Positions 48,595-62,150 of a stretch of DNA of 64,000 bases are shown here, one piece after another. The translations under genes and the position numbers were made by a program. Origin of the DNA: Macrostomum lignano (lineage: Eukaryota). The stretch spans positions 1 through 64,000 of the forward strand of contig NIVC01000017.1 of assembly GCA_002269645.1 (NCBI GenBank), written 5' to 3'. Positions within the stretch are counted from its first letter, which is position 1. Each line of letters begins with the position of its first letter. Below the pieces are notes generated by a model. The model was not told the origin of the DNA. It saw nothing but the letters and a program-made list of their open reading frames with translations, and searched no databases.

Positions 48595-50557
48595 ATGACA
48601 CAAAAAGAAAAAAAAAGCAGTACAACTGGCGTGAGTAATTTTATCTTGATGGACGCCGCGCTGGTCTACGCAAGGCGGGGACGAGTCGGGAGGCCCTCCT
48701 GCAGTGCCGACCTCGCCAGTTGCCAGCTGCTCCGAGCCAGCGTCGTGCTCAGCGGCCGCAGGGCGACGCCGAAACTTCGACTGACTCCGCCGCCGCCGCT
48801 GCCGGGACTGCGCGAAGCGCGTCGATTCCGTCGACTCGGCGGCGACATATCGGCGACCTTCGAACGACAGTCGGCTGGAGGATGTCGACTTTTTTGCCAG
48901 GCGCGTCGAAAAAAATGCCGCCGATGTGGCGACGGCTGGCAGCTTGATGAGGATGCTTCGGAAGTGCAGCTGTCGCTGCCGCGGCGACCGAGGATGCGGC
49001 TTGTCGAAATTGGCGCCGGCGTCTTCGCCCTCAGACTACGCTGCGGCCGGCCGGCGCCGCTGATTGGCCGGCGCTGGCTAAGCTTGTACAGCAGCGGTGC
49101 CGGGCAGATCGACAAACTGTGCTGCCTGATCGAGGCGGCCGCCTGCGGTGCTGTTGCTAAGGTGTGCATATTTTCTTCTGAATTTTTGCTGCATTTTTTT
49201 ACCTTTCAAATGGCATTTTCAAATTGCTTGTTTTAGTTCTAGTTCTAGAACCAGATTCAATTTGTGAAGTACAACTTTCTGTCTCCCAAACTAGAGGGAT
49301 ATACATGCTCTAAAGTTGTAATTATTGAATGGCAATAGCCAAGAAGAAAGTGAAACATTGTGCAAATTGAGGCTGTTAAGGCAGTCAAACAGTCATTCAA
49401 CAAGGTTAAACAATTATACTGCTTTTTTTCTGGTTCTGGAATTGGTAATGTGAAAGCCTAAAAAAGAGCTCCCCTTTTTAAATTAGAATATAATATATAA
49501 AACATAAAATACCTTCAAATCTATAGAATATAATTGCATTGTATTATTTAAATTTACAAAAGTAAATTTATAAAAAAAGCAAAGAACAGATTTAAATACA
49601 AATTTAGATAAACGAAATAATTGTTTTAAGCAAATTAAGAAACAAAAAGAAAATATTAATTTGTTTTTCTTTTAACGTTACATTTGATAATGACTTCAAT
49701 TTGTTTCTTTGTGCATTGAATCGAATTCTGTTGTTTTAGTACAATATTGATAATTTTAATAATTGCAGATATTTGTATTTATAGTTGCGAATACTTGCTT
49801 ATAAAAAAACTTTTTAATCTCTATTTGTTAAAACACTGCGCAAACGTATCATTATTTTTTGTTATGATTACTGTTACGATTTTTACTATATAACTATTAG
49901 TACTATTACTATATATGAGAAATCACACAGTATATAGTCTTTATATTGATTCTGTAATTTAAATTTTTTTATAAACTTTACTATTTATTCGTTTAATTTA
50001 TTAATATTCCTTTTTAATAAGAGTAGCTACTGTTAACTCAACCAGCTCATCACCACCGCTTTCAGGTGCTCATCTCCCCCGATATCTGCTCAGCTGCCGC
50101 GCCAGACGAGCAGCCAGCATGCACAGTGTGGACAGTCCGGCCGGTCCGCAATTTCACCGCTCAAATGCTCGGCCTGCCGCCGGGTCACCTGCACGGCCTC
50201 CGCCTGAGCACCCGGGCCGGCCTGGAGCTCATCGACGTCAATTCAACCAGCCGGCTGGTCTGCCCGCCGAGGTGCATCGTCGGGTTCGGCGTTGTGAACG
50301 CCGGCTGCCTCGTGCTGCAGTTCGCCGGCTTGGACAAGGACACCGGCAGGCCAGTTCAAGGACTCCTGGGCTTGGCCTGCCCGACAGCGACGAGGCTGCG
50401 GGCTGCCGTTGAGCGCCTGCTGGCAGAGGACGGCTGTTGCTATGCGGGGCAGCGCCGGCTGAGCCGCCGGTGGCCCAGCGACCCGGGTGAATGGGAAGAG
50501 CGCCGCCGAGGCCTGGCTTACTGCGGGGGTCAGCAGTCCACTCTGTCGCTGCGCTGA
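48595..50557 (+). CDS. Divergent 2-exon protein of about 352 aa; exon 2 resembles an IRS/DOK-type PTB domain, exon 1 possibly a degenerate PH domain
   Basis: GC-rich exons 48595-49161 and 50066-50557 joined in phase 0 (AAG|GTGTGC...TTTCAG|GTG). Exon 2 pattern VWTVRPV...LGLPPG...LRL...GLELID...CPPRCIVGFG...LVLQFAG. The start could instead be the ATG at 48649; a possible 5'UTR intron lies at 48508-48560. Confidence 0.5.
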
Positions 50558-50777
50558 ACTCTCCTGTCTTCTCCGGGCCAGGAGACCAAAATGTGCATTT
50601 CTTGGAAACTTCTAGGAGTTTTAAAGAAAGCATCTGCAATTGACTGCAAGCATGTTTTAAACTTGCGAACCCCATTTATCGTATTTTCGCATTGATTGGA
50701 ATCTGTCAAATATATACATATCAACTGACAAAAAACTAAATTCAACGAAAAAATATATTTGTGTCACGTAAACTTAG

Positions 50778-51716
<939 letters not shown>

Positions 51717-52314
51717 TGCCAATGCCTGGGGTCCCTGCCTACCCAATCGGACAAAGAGGCAGCTGTAGTCCATTGTTCAGCAGCAATTACCTACTGACAG
51801 GCAGGTCAAGAGCCAAGTGGCTGTAGAAGGAACCGCTGGCAGTTATCCGGCATCCAAGTCAGTTTGGCAGCGACAGTTTTACTCCCCTGGAGAATCCCTC
51901 GACAAGGCATGGATAGATATGCCCCAATAATGATTGCGCAACCTTCAACGCTGCAATTTCTGTATTTCTGTAGGCCGGCACAGATTTTACTCTTTGGGGG
52001 TCTGGATTGATTGAGGTCACGAGAAAAAAGCATTGAGAGTTTTGGGGCCAAAGTGATTACGCAATGCTTTGTAATTGGCGTCGGTCACGGCTCAGAGCTG
52101 ATTGGCTGGGCACTGGGGTGTGGAACAGAGGAAAAGAGGTCACTTGTTTATTATGCCCACCTCTACCTGTCATCCCGACTGCACCGGCACTCCCACCTTC
52201 CTCATCGCAGATTCCTTAAGCGAAGGCAAAAAATATGCCTGCCTCTGCTGATTAAAGCACTGCTGCATCTGGGACTCTGCAACACGAACACCGGTACGTA
52301 CTCGGATGATGTCA

Positions 52315-52895
52315 GCTAGACTAGCAATCCATTCTATTCCTTCATCATTGATGTAGGCTAGATTAGCAATCCATTATATTCCTTCATTGATGTAGGCTAG
52401 ATTAGCAATCCATTATATTCCTTCATTGATGTAGGCTAGATTAGCAATCCATTCTATTCCTTCATCATTGATGTAGGCTAGATTAGCAATCCATTCTATT
52501 CCTTCATCATTGATGTAGGCTAGATTAGCAATCCATTCTATTCCTTCATCATTGATGTAGGCTAGATTAGCAATCCATTCTATTCCTTCATCATTGATGC
52601 AGGCTAGATTAGCAATCCATTCTATTCCTTCATTGATGTAGGCTAGATTAGCAATCCATTCTATTCCTTCACTGATGTAGGCTAGATTAGCAATCCATTC
52701 TATTCCTTCACTGATGTAGGCTAGATTAGCAATCCATTCTATTCCTTCACTGATGTAGGCTAGGTTAGCAATCCATTCTATTCCTTCATTGATGTAGGCT
52801 AGATTAGCAATCCATTCTATTCCTTCATTGATGTAGGCTATAGATTAGCAATCCATTCTATTCCTTCATCATTGATGCAGGCTATATTAGCAATC
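52315..52895 (-). repeat. Satellite family A array (reverse orientation on +)
   Basis: Reverse complement of the 42-bp unit. Confidence 0.96.
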
Positions 52896-53407
52896 CTGGG
52901 GTAAGCAGATCACGGCAGTTAGAAGAGGAGAGGCCACAGCGATCAGCCGGATTAGCTGTAGAATCACACGTACACAACAGCCTCATGTGGCAGTCTTCAA
53001 TGCAGTTTGCCCACACGAGCGTAGTTTGCGCCGCCACTGCAGAGCGGCAGGGGAAATCTTTAGCTATCGATAACATGGATCGGCTCCCGTCCACTATGCT
53101 ACAATAGATTAGACGCAATTAAAACGGAGAACGAGGGAGTCGCAAAAAAGAAAGATTCCAGGAAAAAGAAGTGCCTAGATGACCTCGAGTGGCCGACCTT
53201 CTATTGCGAATGAGAGTTACGCAATCCGGCAAGGGTAGGGTAGGGAAATGCTGCCATGCAGGTCGTCTCCAGGGATTAGTAGAGCTCTCCATGCAGCCGG
53301 TCAGATGAGGCAAGGGAGGCGCAGCTGAGGGAGAAAAATAGAGCCTGTCTTGACACGGGATGACCTCAGCCGGCTAGGAGAGAGAGAGAGGACAGGCCCA
53401 GAAAGGC

Positions 53408-53417
53408 ATTACGTAAT
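53408..53417. promoter_or_regulatory. Perfect palindromic D-box/E4BP4 site ATTACGTAAT upstream of the bZIP gene
   Basis: Exact match to RTTAYGTAAY; function untested. Confidence 0.35.
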
Positions 53418-53664
53418 CTGTGAGACCTAAAAAACGGGGGAGAAGTCTCTTGACAGTGTTTACCCCTACTCTCTTGGAGACAAAAAATCAGTAATAAGAT
53501 TTGAAAATATTTTTTTGCGACCAAGGAAACTTAATGAGACTTGCCTGCAGTCATTTTTCTGATTAAGTGAAAAAAGTTAAATAATAAATTCAAGTGATTT
53601 TTTCTGCCAAATACGCTTCTCCCGGAGAAAAATCAAGCAAGCCCGTTCCAGACAAAGACCTCAT

Positions 53665-53674
53665 ATGACGTCAT
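53665..53674. promoter_or_regulatory. Perfect CRE palindrome ATGACGTCAT upstream of the bZIP gene
   Basis: Exact TGACGTCA core; function untested. Confidence 0.35.
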
Positions 53675-54892
53675 GCACTTCCCACAGTGTGGGGATTTGA
53701 GCTTTTTATGTAGATAGATTCACAGAAAGAAGTCTTGCATCTTTATAGAAGCAAGCATAGGTAGAAAAAATTGCTTTTTTTCTGTCAAGTTTTTTACAGT
53801 CTTTGTGCCTTTGCGTCTTTTGCCGGGCGAGAACTGGGTGAGCCCGAACTCCCCGGGTTCCCCAAATAATTAAGTCTGCGAGACAGTTGAGCATAATTAA
53901 CAGGCATGGATTGTTGACTTGCCGATGACATAAAATAAAAAGTGAGAATCTCTCTGTCTGCTGGATAATATTTGATGAGGCAATGCGGGGGCCGTTTTTT
54001 ACAATCGGATCGATTGCGTAACACTCGCGACCTGGCTCCTCGTCCTTTGTTTGAGCCCAGCATGCAGTTGTCACAGCCTCAGCTGCTATTATTAGCTATA
54101 TACAAAGGGCGACTTTTGTGGTGAAAAAACATTGTAAACTTTTTGAGGTGAAGCAGCGTATGTGTGCGGCTTGCGTGCTCCACTTCCTGCGCACCTTCTG
54201 ACCTCCGCGCGGTTACGCTGGAACCCCCTCCCCCGGCCAAAGTTAGCCATGCAGCCGTTTCCTACATCCGTTTCTCACGCTGAATCCGATTCTACACCAA
54301 TATTCCCTCAGTTCTAATTTCTAATTCCTATGGGTCGCGTCGCTAGGCGGGCCAGGGACTTCTAGAGAGGGAGACGGTATCTGGATTGGAAGGCTCACTG
54401 TTTTTTTTTCAGGAAACTCTCAGGCATTTGCACACAAACTCTGAATTTTTTTCCGAAACTTTTCAGCTTTCTAGCACCAAATTCCTGATCTCTCACCTGG
54501 AATTCTGGAACAGGTTTATTAAAAATTTAAGTAATAAAACGTGAATTTATTCTGAACTGTCAACAATTTTCGGCAGTTAAACACAGTCAAAGCCTGGCTT
54601 AGACCGAGCCCAGGTGGTTCCTGTCTAGATTTCAACCTTCAGGCGTCCATGGGCTAGGATACTGCCGAGCCGACAGTAAGGGAATATTTTTGCTTAATTT
54701 TATTATAGCCTGGATGTTGTTGTATGCATGTAATTTGAACAGAACACAGAGTGCGGGATGCTGGGCGGGCTTGATACATTAAAAGAGGGAGAGCGCATGA
54801 GAATGCGTCATCATGGAATCCCGCAGTTCCTCTTTAGTTGTTCCCATATTGATACACTCAGTCAGGATTGCTTGGTTGTCATCGTGTGGAGT

Positions 54893-55036
54893 GAGTCAGT
54901 CAGTCAGTCAGTCAGTCAGTCAGTCAGTCAGTCAGTCAGTCAGTCAGTCAGTCAGTCAGTCAGTCAGTCAGTCAGTCAGTCAGTCAGTCAGTCAGTCAGT
55001 CAGTCAGTCAGTCAGTCAGTCAGTCAGTCAGTCAGT
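54893..55036. repeat. (TCAG)n microsatellite ending about 30 nt before the bZIP exon acceptor
   Basis: Direct. Confidence 0.97.
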
Positions 55037-55070
55037 CTGTCAGCTATCATTTCTCAATCCCCTCAGGCTG

Positions 55071-56415
55071 ATGGCAACTCAGCCAACTTCTTCAAGTGCC
55101 GATGATGTTCAAAGCGTAGACACCAGCGAGGGGGCCGCCGCGTACACCGAGGAGGAGCAGGGGCCGGACAAGGCGAAGTACCTGGCCAGACGGATGAAGA
55201 ACAACGAGGCGGCCAGGCGCAGTCGAGAGAAGCGCCGACTCAACGACGCAGCGATGGAGCGAATGATCGCCGATTTGACGCAGGTTTGGCTTCGTATACT
55301 CTGAGACAGAAAATACACATGATGCTACTCAGTAGCGGCATCAGTAGTCTAAAAAGAATGTTTGGTATTACTGTGGAGAAATTAAATTTTCAACAAGCTT
55401 TAACTAATAATTGCAGGAGAACAAGCTGTTGCAGATGGAAATTCGTTATCTGCGCAAACGGCTCTGCATCTCGCGACCGGCCGTAGCTGAGCGACAGTCG
55501 GACGCAGGTGCGAATGCAGCTAAATTTGTATTTCAATTCTTTGCGGTGCGGTAAACACTTGACACCCAAGTTCTCACGTCAGAAGGAACAAGAGTCTGTA
55601 TGGTCAGGAGCATCAGTAGTCAGTGAGTCAGGAGCATCAGTAGTCAGTGTGTCAGGAGCATCAGTAGTCAGTGTGTCAGGAGCATCAGTAGTCAGTGTGT
55701 CAGGAGCATCAGTAGTCAGTGTATCAGGGGCATCAGTAGTCAGTGTATCAGGGGCATCAGTAGTCAGTGTATCAGGGGTATCAGTAGTCAGTGTATCAGG
55801 GGCATCAGTAGTCAGTGTATCAGGGGCATCAGTAGTCAGTGTATCAGGGGCATCAGTAGTCAGTGTATCAGGGGCATCAGTAGTCAGTGTATCAGGGGCA
55901 TCAGTAGTCAGTGTGTCAGGAGCATCAGTAGCCAGTGTATCAGGGGCATCAGTAGTCAGTGTGTCAGGGGCATCAGTAGTCAGTGTGTCAGGAGCATCAG
56001 TAGCCAGTGTGTCAGGAGCATCAGTAGCCAGTGTATCAGGGGCATCAGTAGTCAGTGTGTCAGGGGCATCAGTAGTCAGTGTGTCAGGGTATTAGTGTCA
56101 GGAAAGCCTCTAGTGTCGGGTGACAGTGTCAGGAAAGCGTCTAGTATCAGAGTGTTAGTGTCAGGAATGCCTCAGTGTGTCAATAATAAAAGCCACAGTA
56201 ATAAAAAATGCAGGAGTTATAGGCAATAAGATCAAATCCGCTTAAATTAAAAGAGTGCAATTCAAATCAACAATTCAGACCCGCCTCAGCCAGCGTCACC
56301 GGCCCTTCATTACTCGAAGCAACAATCAGACTCTGCAGAAGCAGCAGCAGCAACAACAGCATCTACAAAATTGGATGACCCGCTTGTGTCTGATGGAACT
56401 GCTCAAGTGCAGTAA
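55071..56415 (+). CDS. NFIL3: bZIP transcription factor, NFIL3/E4BP4/vrille-like, at least 146 aa
   Basis: Exons 55071-55283, 55417-55507, 56279-56415, phase-consistent. Basic region and zipper KYLARRMKNNEAARRSREKRRLNDAAMERMIADLTQ|ENKLLQMEIRYLRKR; the SREKRRLND segment is characteristic of NFIL3/vrille. An acceptor at 55066 implies an upstream exon or trans-splicing. The third exon is less certain. Confidence 0.82.
55600..56100. repeat. 24-bp minisatellite (GTAGTCAGTGTATCAGGGGCATCA), bZIP intron
   Basis: Tandem periodicity. Confidence 0.96.
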
Positions 56416-57230
56416 AGCAATCAGACACTCAGTAACTCCACTTGCTTATTACGGTGCCTTCAGAAAGGCACCGCATCTGTTACACGCTGTGTTCTAATCT
56501 GTTATACCGTACGCACCGCAAGTCTTCAGCTAAAAATATACTTTTTCTGCTTAGCTAACTGCATGCTAAAGCTGTCTTACCGCGGCGATATTTTGTCATA
56601 TCTATTTCTACTTTGTTTATTCAGCATGCAATTACACATCTATTCATGTATTTATTTATTAGCTTATACAACAATACACGCGTCTGGTAGCCGAACTGCA
56701 CGTACACCGCGGCAAAAACTGTAATTAAACAATTTTTTATTATTTATCGAATAAATACACTTGTACGCATTTTCTACTTATTTATGCAACTAACTTATGT
56801 TTTATCGTTTAGGAAAGCAACTCTGCATGGGTCCTACATGATATGTACATGTGCTATTACTATATAATGCATATTTAACATAAAGTGCTATGCAGTATGT
56901 AATTGTACATCGCACTGTTTACAGGAATCCTTAAAAGACAGATACATGTAGCGGTGTCGGAACATATTTCAAAGTGAGGGGGGGGCTTATTGGTCAGAGG
57001 GCACATTGCACATGATTTTGTTCTAGTCTAAGGGCACCCAAACAACTCCTGCTGTTATGTCAGTTTGTGACATTAATTGTGACAACCAGGCCGATATTCA
57101 ATTCTGTGTTGGAAGTGGCCAAAAATCTGAATAATGTTCGAATTTTCAACTGATTCAAACATTGCGCAACTGCACTGCACTATCAATCTATTGATCAGAG
57201 ATACCAAAGTAAAAGGGCTGAATACTAAAA

Positions 57231-58218
57231 CAGGGCTTGGCAAACTCCGGCCTGAGGGCCAAATGTGGCCCGCAAAGCCTCTCTATCCGGCCCTTGGCTT
57301 CTATGAATCTTCACAATAGCCTGCTCGATGTTTGTGTCCCTTCTCAGCTCTCTTCCCTCACCTATCTCTTCTCGTCTCCTCTCCTCTCTCCTCTCCTCTC
57401 TCCTTTCCTTTCCTCTCCTCTCCTCTCCTCTCCTCTCCTCTCTCCTTTCCTCTATCTCCTCACCTCTCCTCTCTCCTTTCCTTTCCTCTCCTCTCCTCTC
57501 TCCTTTCCTCTATCTCCTCACCTCTCCTCTCTCCTTTCCTCTCCTCTCCTCTCCTCTCTCCTTTCCTCTCCTCTCCTCTCCTCTCTCCTCTCCTCTCATC
57601 TCCTCTCCTCTCCTCTCTCCTTTCCTCTCCTCTCCCCTCCTCTCTCCTTTCCTTTCCTCTCCTCTCCTCTCTCCTTTCCTCTCATCTCCTCACCTCTCTC
57701 CTCTCCTCTCATCTCCTCACCTCCCTCTTTTCCTATCCTCTCCTCTCATATACTCTTCTCACCTCTCTCCTCACCTCTCCTCACCTCTCTCCTCGCCTCT
57801 CATCTCCTCACCTCTCTCCTCTCCTTTCATATCCTCTCCTCTCCTCTCCTCTCCTCTCCTCGCCTCTCATCTCATCTCCTCACCTCTCTCCTCTTCTCTC
57901 CTCTCATCGCCTCTCATCTCCTCACCTCTCTACTCTCCTTTCCTATCCTCTCCTCTCCTTTCATCTCCTCACCACTCTCCTCTCCTATTTATCTCTCTTC
58001 TCGTCTACTCTCTTCTCCTTTATTCCTTCGCCTCTCCTTTCTCCTGCGCTCGTATTTCTCTTCTCTATTCCCTATCCTCTCTCCCTATAGCCAGCAGTCA
58101 TCGATCAGGGACTCCTGGGCGCGCGTTTTGCTTAGGGGGCCCATCGAAGCGGACCCAGAAGGGCAGTCATGCTCTGTTCTCAATCTGGCCCTTGGGGTAA
58201 AAAGTTCGCTGACCCCTG
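57231..58218. mobile_element. hAT-type (Charlie/Buster-like) MITE inflated by an internal CT-rich microsatellite at 57345-58085
   Basis: TIRs CAGGGCTTGGCAAACT (left) and CAGGGGTCAGCGAACT (right, reverse complement); 8-bp flanks TACTAAAA / CACTAAAA (7 of 8, central TA); GGCCC subterminal motifs. Confidence 0.8.
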
Positions 58219-58611
58219 CACTAAAAGCACTAGGCTTAGGCACATTAGATAAAAACTGTAGTGGAATGGGTTTGAAAACAACATGAGCTATACATATGCA
58301 TATCAGCTGGTGGTACCCTTAGCTTCCAATTCAAGACTCAGAAAAGCCAAAGCCGAAAACCGGCCGACACTTGCTTAGAATTCAAAAAGGGCACTTGCCC
58401 TTTAATGTAAGGGTATACGAAATGTCACACAATCGATATGCAGCTAGTAGTAGTGTGCTGGTTAAATGTCGTTTTCTACATACATGTAGCTCCAGGACAG
58501 AATTCAGCTCAAACTTTTGGTCATTGTGTACTTGGCCTCGAAAGTACATGTAGCTATACATGTAAGTCATGCCTTCATGCATGCAGGGACTCGATTAATT
58601 ACGTGGGTACG

Positions 58612-58800
58612 CAGTGGCGCAAACAGCGGGGGCGGGGGGCGAGGGGTCGCTCCCCTTGGGCGGAGAGAGACCAGAAAAAAAGCAATGGAGGGATAAAGCG
58701 AATTTTCGCCAAAATACAGAGCCGCATCCCCTCCGCCCCCCTTGGGTCTTTACCCTCGAGAACCCGCCCCCCTCAACAAATTTCTGGCTGTGCTATACTG
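58612..58800. mobile_element. Decayed MITE-like element (CAGTGGCG...CTG ends)
   Basis: Starts CAGTGGCGCAAACAG, ends TTTCTGGCTGTGCTATACTG, with G-rich and C-rich subterminal arms. TIR and TSD are both imperfect. Confidence 0.4.
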
Positions 58801-60231
58801 TGGGGTATAAGTCGTGACACACAGTAGCTAGGTTTGGAGTGACTGATCGATACCACTCCTCTACTGTCACCTATCTAAATCAGCATTACTAATCCTGGAT
58901 TTCCTCAGAATTAGGGAGTGAGCTCTAGGGCACCTAGAGAGTAAGACTTGAGCCAGACAGTGACAGTGTAGTTACATATTAATCCAGCTGTAGGAACTAT
59001 TGCGAAATGATATGATTTTTTTCTATATGTTATGATCGAGATGCCTGATGCGTGGCCGACTTCTTAGCTACGCGATCTGCTAAGAAAAAATAAATATTGA
59101 TTGACTCTAAAATAGCGAATGCTATAAGGATTTAGGATTCTAGAAGCTTCCGAGTTTAATTACTCTGGTGCGTCTTAACAAAAGACATAATAAAAGTTCT
59201 TAAATAAATCTAACTATACAATCAAAGGAAAGTTTCCGTATTCAAATAAAATAGGTGACAAAACTTTGTTGTTTTATGCAATTAATAACATTTTGACTTT
59301 TATTAAGCATGGGTTCCGTTCAAATGCTTCGAAGAGACAAATTCGGTCCGCGATCCCGATCAGTCCGATCGATCGTACGTACGTACGGATAGTCAGATCA
59401 TCGTTAGAGATATGATTCTAAGTTGGTAGTTTAGTTTTCTATTGGCTGATAAAAGTTCTAAAAATTGATTTTGCAAGTTCCACTTGTTTCTTGTCAATAT
59501 TGTGTCACTGTTTAATCTTTAATAGCTTGCACATCAAAACGACACACTATTAATTTATTTTGGTGCTGACTTTAGAGTCAGTTTATTCGTGGTCATACGA
59601 AATCATCAGGTCAAAGAGGCAACGCGTACTAAAATGTCAAAACAAAATTTTTCTCACACAATCTGGATGGGTGATGTAAGTAACTACAATTAAAAGTGTA
59701 ATAGCAAAAACTGTTACAATACATTCTATACTTTCTTCCAATCATAAAACCGATCATGGAACATCACATGGATTTAAAATGTTTATTTTGTAAGCTCTAG
59801 AGCCTATTTATGTTTTGTATGAAAGTTAATAAGTGGTAGGTACCATTGAAGTTATCAGAAATTAATCTAAACTAAAACTAGTAATTTTTGGCAATCCTTC
59901 AGTTTCCTGCTCTAAATTATTTAATCCCTTTTTTGAACTTTTCATAGTCCAACAAGCTCATAGAGTTCTCACAAGAGTTCACAGAGTTCTATATAGGGTA
60001 ATAGTGTGTTATAGTAGAGGATATTGCCAAAGTGCTGATGGGGGAAAGCTTGGCGAATTGTTGACCATTAGATGGTTGGCCAACATTTTCTAGATGGCCC
60101 ATTGGTCTAGGGTTTAAATAATTTAGAGTATGAAATGAAGGGATTGCCATTTCTTCTTTATTATATAATGTTAACAAATATCTACCTTATTAATATCAAT
60201 GTAATATTAGCTAGGCATTTGGTATAAGTAC

Positions 60232-60819
60232 CAGTTGTTTTGGTGACAAGATGTTTCAGTGACAAGTTGCTATTGTGATAGACACACTTCATTTTCAGTG
60301 AAAAATCAAAGATTTCATGAGTATTGTCATTTTAGTGATAAGAGGCATTTCATAATATTCGGTTGTAGTTATTTTGTTAAGATTTATGTTTTGTAATATA
60401 TTAAAAAAATTTTGTTGAAAGAATATTAAGAAAAGAAATCAGACTAACTATATTGCTTTCTTCTTGTGCAGATCGTTTTGAACTGTCCCAGAATATTCAG
60501 ACACATAAACCATAAACCTAGGCCTATAGAAAATCCTCATGAAATGCAGACCATGAGAAATGTGGAGATATTCACTCATTGACACTTTTGTATATTTAAA
60601 TTAGAAAACATAATTCAAAAGACTGCAACTCTATAATTGTAAATAAACAAAATTAAATACAGAAATACTTAAGGCCTAAAAATTTTAGGCTCCAAATACC
60701 TTAAGATTTTCAAAGTAATTTTCTATTTAAAAACAGAATGGCTATAACTAAAATTGTATTTTTCTTGTCACTGAAATGACTTTTGCTTGTCACCAAAAGG
60801 ACTGTCACCAAAACAACTG
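60232..60819. mobile_element. MITE with a perfect 17-bp TIR (CAGTTGTTTTGGTGACA)
   Basis: 60232-60248 is the exact reverse complement of 60803-60819; GTGACAAG subterminal repeats occur at both ends; TA flanks the right end and TAC the left. Confidence 0.75.
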
Positions 60820-60854
60820 TAATCCATTTGGTATCTATTATATAGATATACACA

Positions 60855-62150
60855 AATTTGGCGACAAACAAATTCTGTAACAGAAATTTAACTTGGACAA
60901 ATTCGGCAAAAGCAAATTTAGCAATAGATCTTTTTATAGTAAAGACAAGTTAAAGCAAATTACATATAATGAACACTTTCTTAAAATGCTCATGAAAGTT
61001 TATAAATATAAAATAATGGCCATATAAGTGTGTTAAAATAAACAAAAAGTGTGTTGTTAAATTGGATATCTCGCATATTTGAGAATGTGGTATGTGGTGC
61101 ATGGGGGCCATTTGGTAAATAGATACGTTTTTAGGACTAGGATGGAATTCTTGCTTGGGGGTAAAAAAACGCATGTGCAGGTTTTTAGAACAGTGCGTAA
61201 ATGCGTATGCCAGCTATAAAAAAGTCATAATACAGATCATAGTAGGCCCATGCACAAAAAAATGAAATTTCTAGTTTTTCAATTTTTATACCAACGTAAA
61301 TTAGAAAGTTGTACTTTAGATGTAAAGTAGCTTGAACACTAAAATTTTTAGAGAAAATATTCTTAAAAAATTAAGAGTTTTACTAAACTTTAAAGTAACT
61401 GTTTTTGCTAAAAACTATTATTCTTTGTTTTACTTTTGTTTAAAATTTTCCAGCATAAAAACAACCTTTCGGACTATGAAAAGTAGGAGAACTTGAGCAC
61501 ACATATACTACATGGCACATAACCATGTTGAATGCATGTAGAAGTCAAATCCTATCTGTGATTCTGTGGCAAACAGCTTCTTTGCAAGCACATACAATTG
61601 GGGGCGCACCAACGCACATACCTTCTTTAAAAGTGCTCAAGTAGGCTCCTTTTCAGTGCGCAAGTGTGCACAAATTTGACAAGTGCGCACAAACGCATAA
61701 TACCTTTTGTGCAAGAATTCTATCCTGGTTTTTAGATTTTGTCATTTTTCCTTGCATGGCATATTTTTGCAAATCCCTTTTACCAACATTGTAACCAATA
61801 GAAGGGACCTTATTAGGCATACAAAAAAATTGTTTTTCTCATTTTTTCCAAGTCTCAAAGGTTTTTGATTATTACAAGGCCAGGCCACCCAACCTTAAAT
61901 TAATCAACATTTCTTGGAAAGGAGTTTTAAAACTTACAAGGATAAATGATAGATAAAACAAACTTAATTAAAAGGGAAAGCTAATATACATTGAGAAATA
62001 CCATTGTACTAAAGGAATTATCCAAATCATACAATTTTTTCCTTTATTAATTGTTGCCAAATTTGCCTAGATTGATTTGCTTTTGCCGAATTGGTCCATT
62101 GTGAATCTCTGTCACCAAATTTGTTTGTTGCCAAATAGGTCAGCACTCCA
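60855..62150. mobile_element. Element of about 1.3 kb with long imperfect inverted arms
   Basis: ATTTGGCGACAAACAAATT and GGACAAATTCGGCAAAAGCAAAT (60855-60920) pair with ATTTGCTTTTGCCGAATTGGTCC and AATTTGTTTGTTGCCAAAT (62075-62137). Confidence 0.6.

Noticed and set aside
51720-53400. Moderately GC-rich stretches flanking the satellite array (possible exons)
   Set aside because: The frames I translated are closed by stops within a short distance; no recognisable motif or consistent exon chain was found. A decayed gene or element cannot be excluded.
56948-57050. Possible MITE left end (AGCGGTGTCGGAACATATTTCAAAGTGAGGGGG)
   Set aside because: No matching right TIR or TSD could be located.
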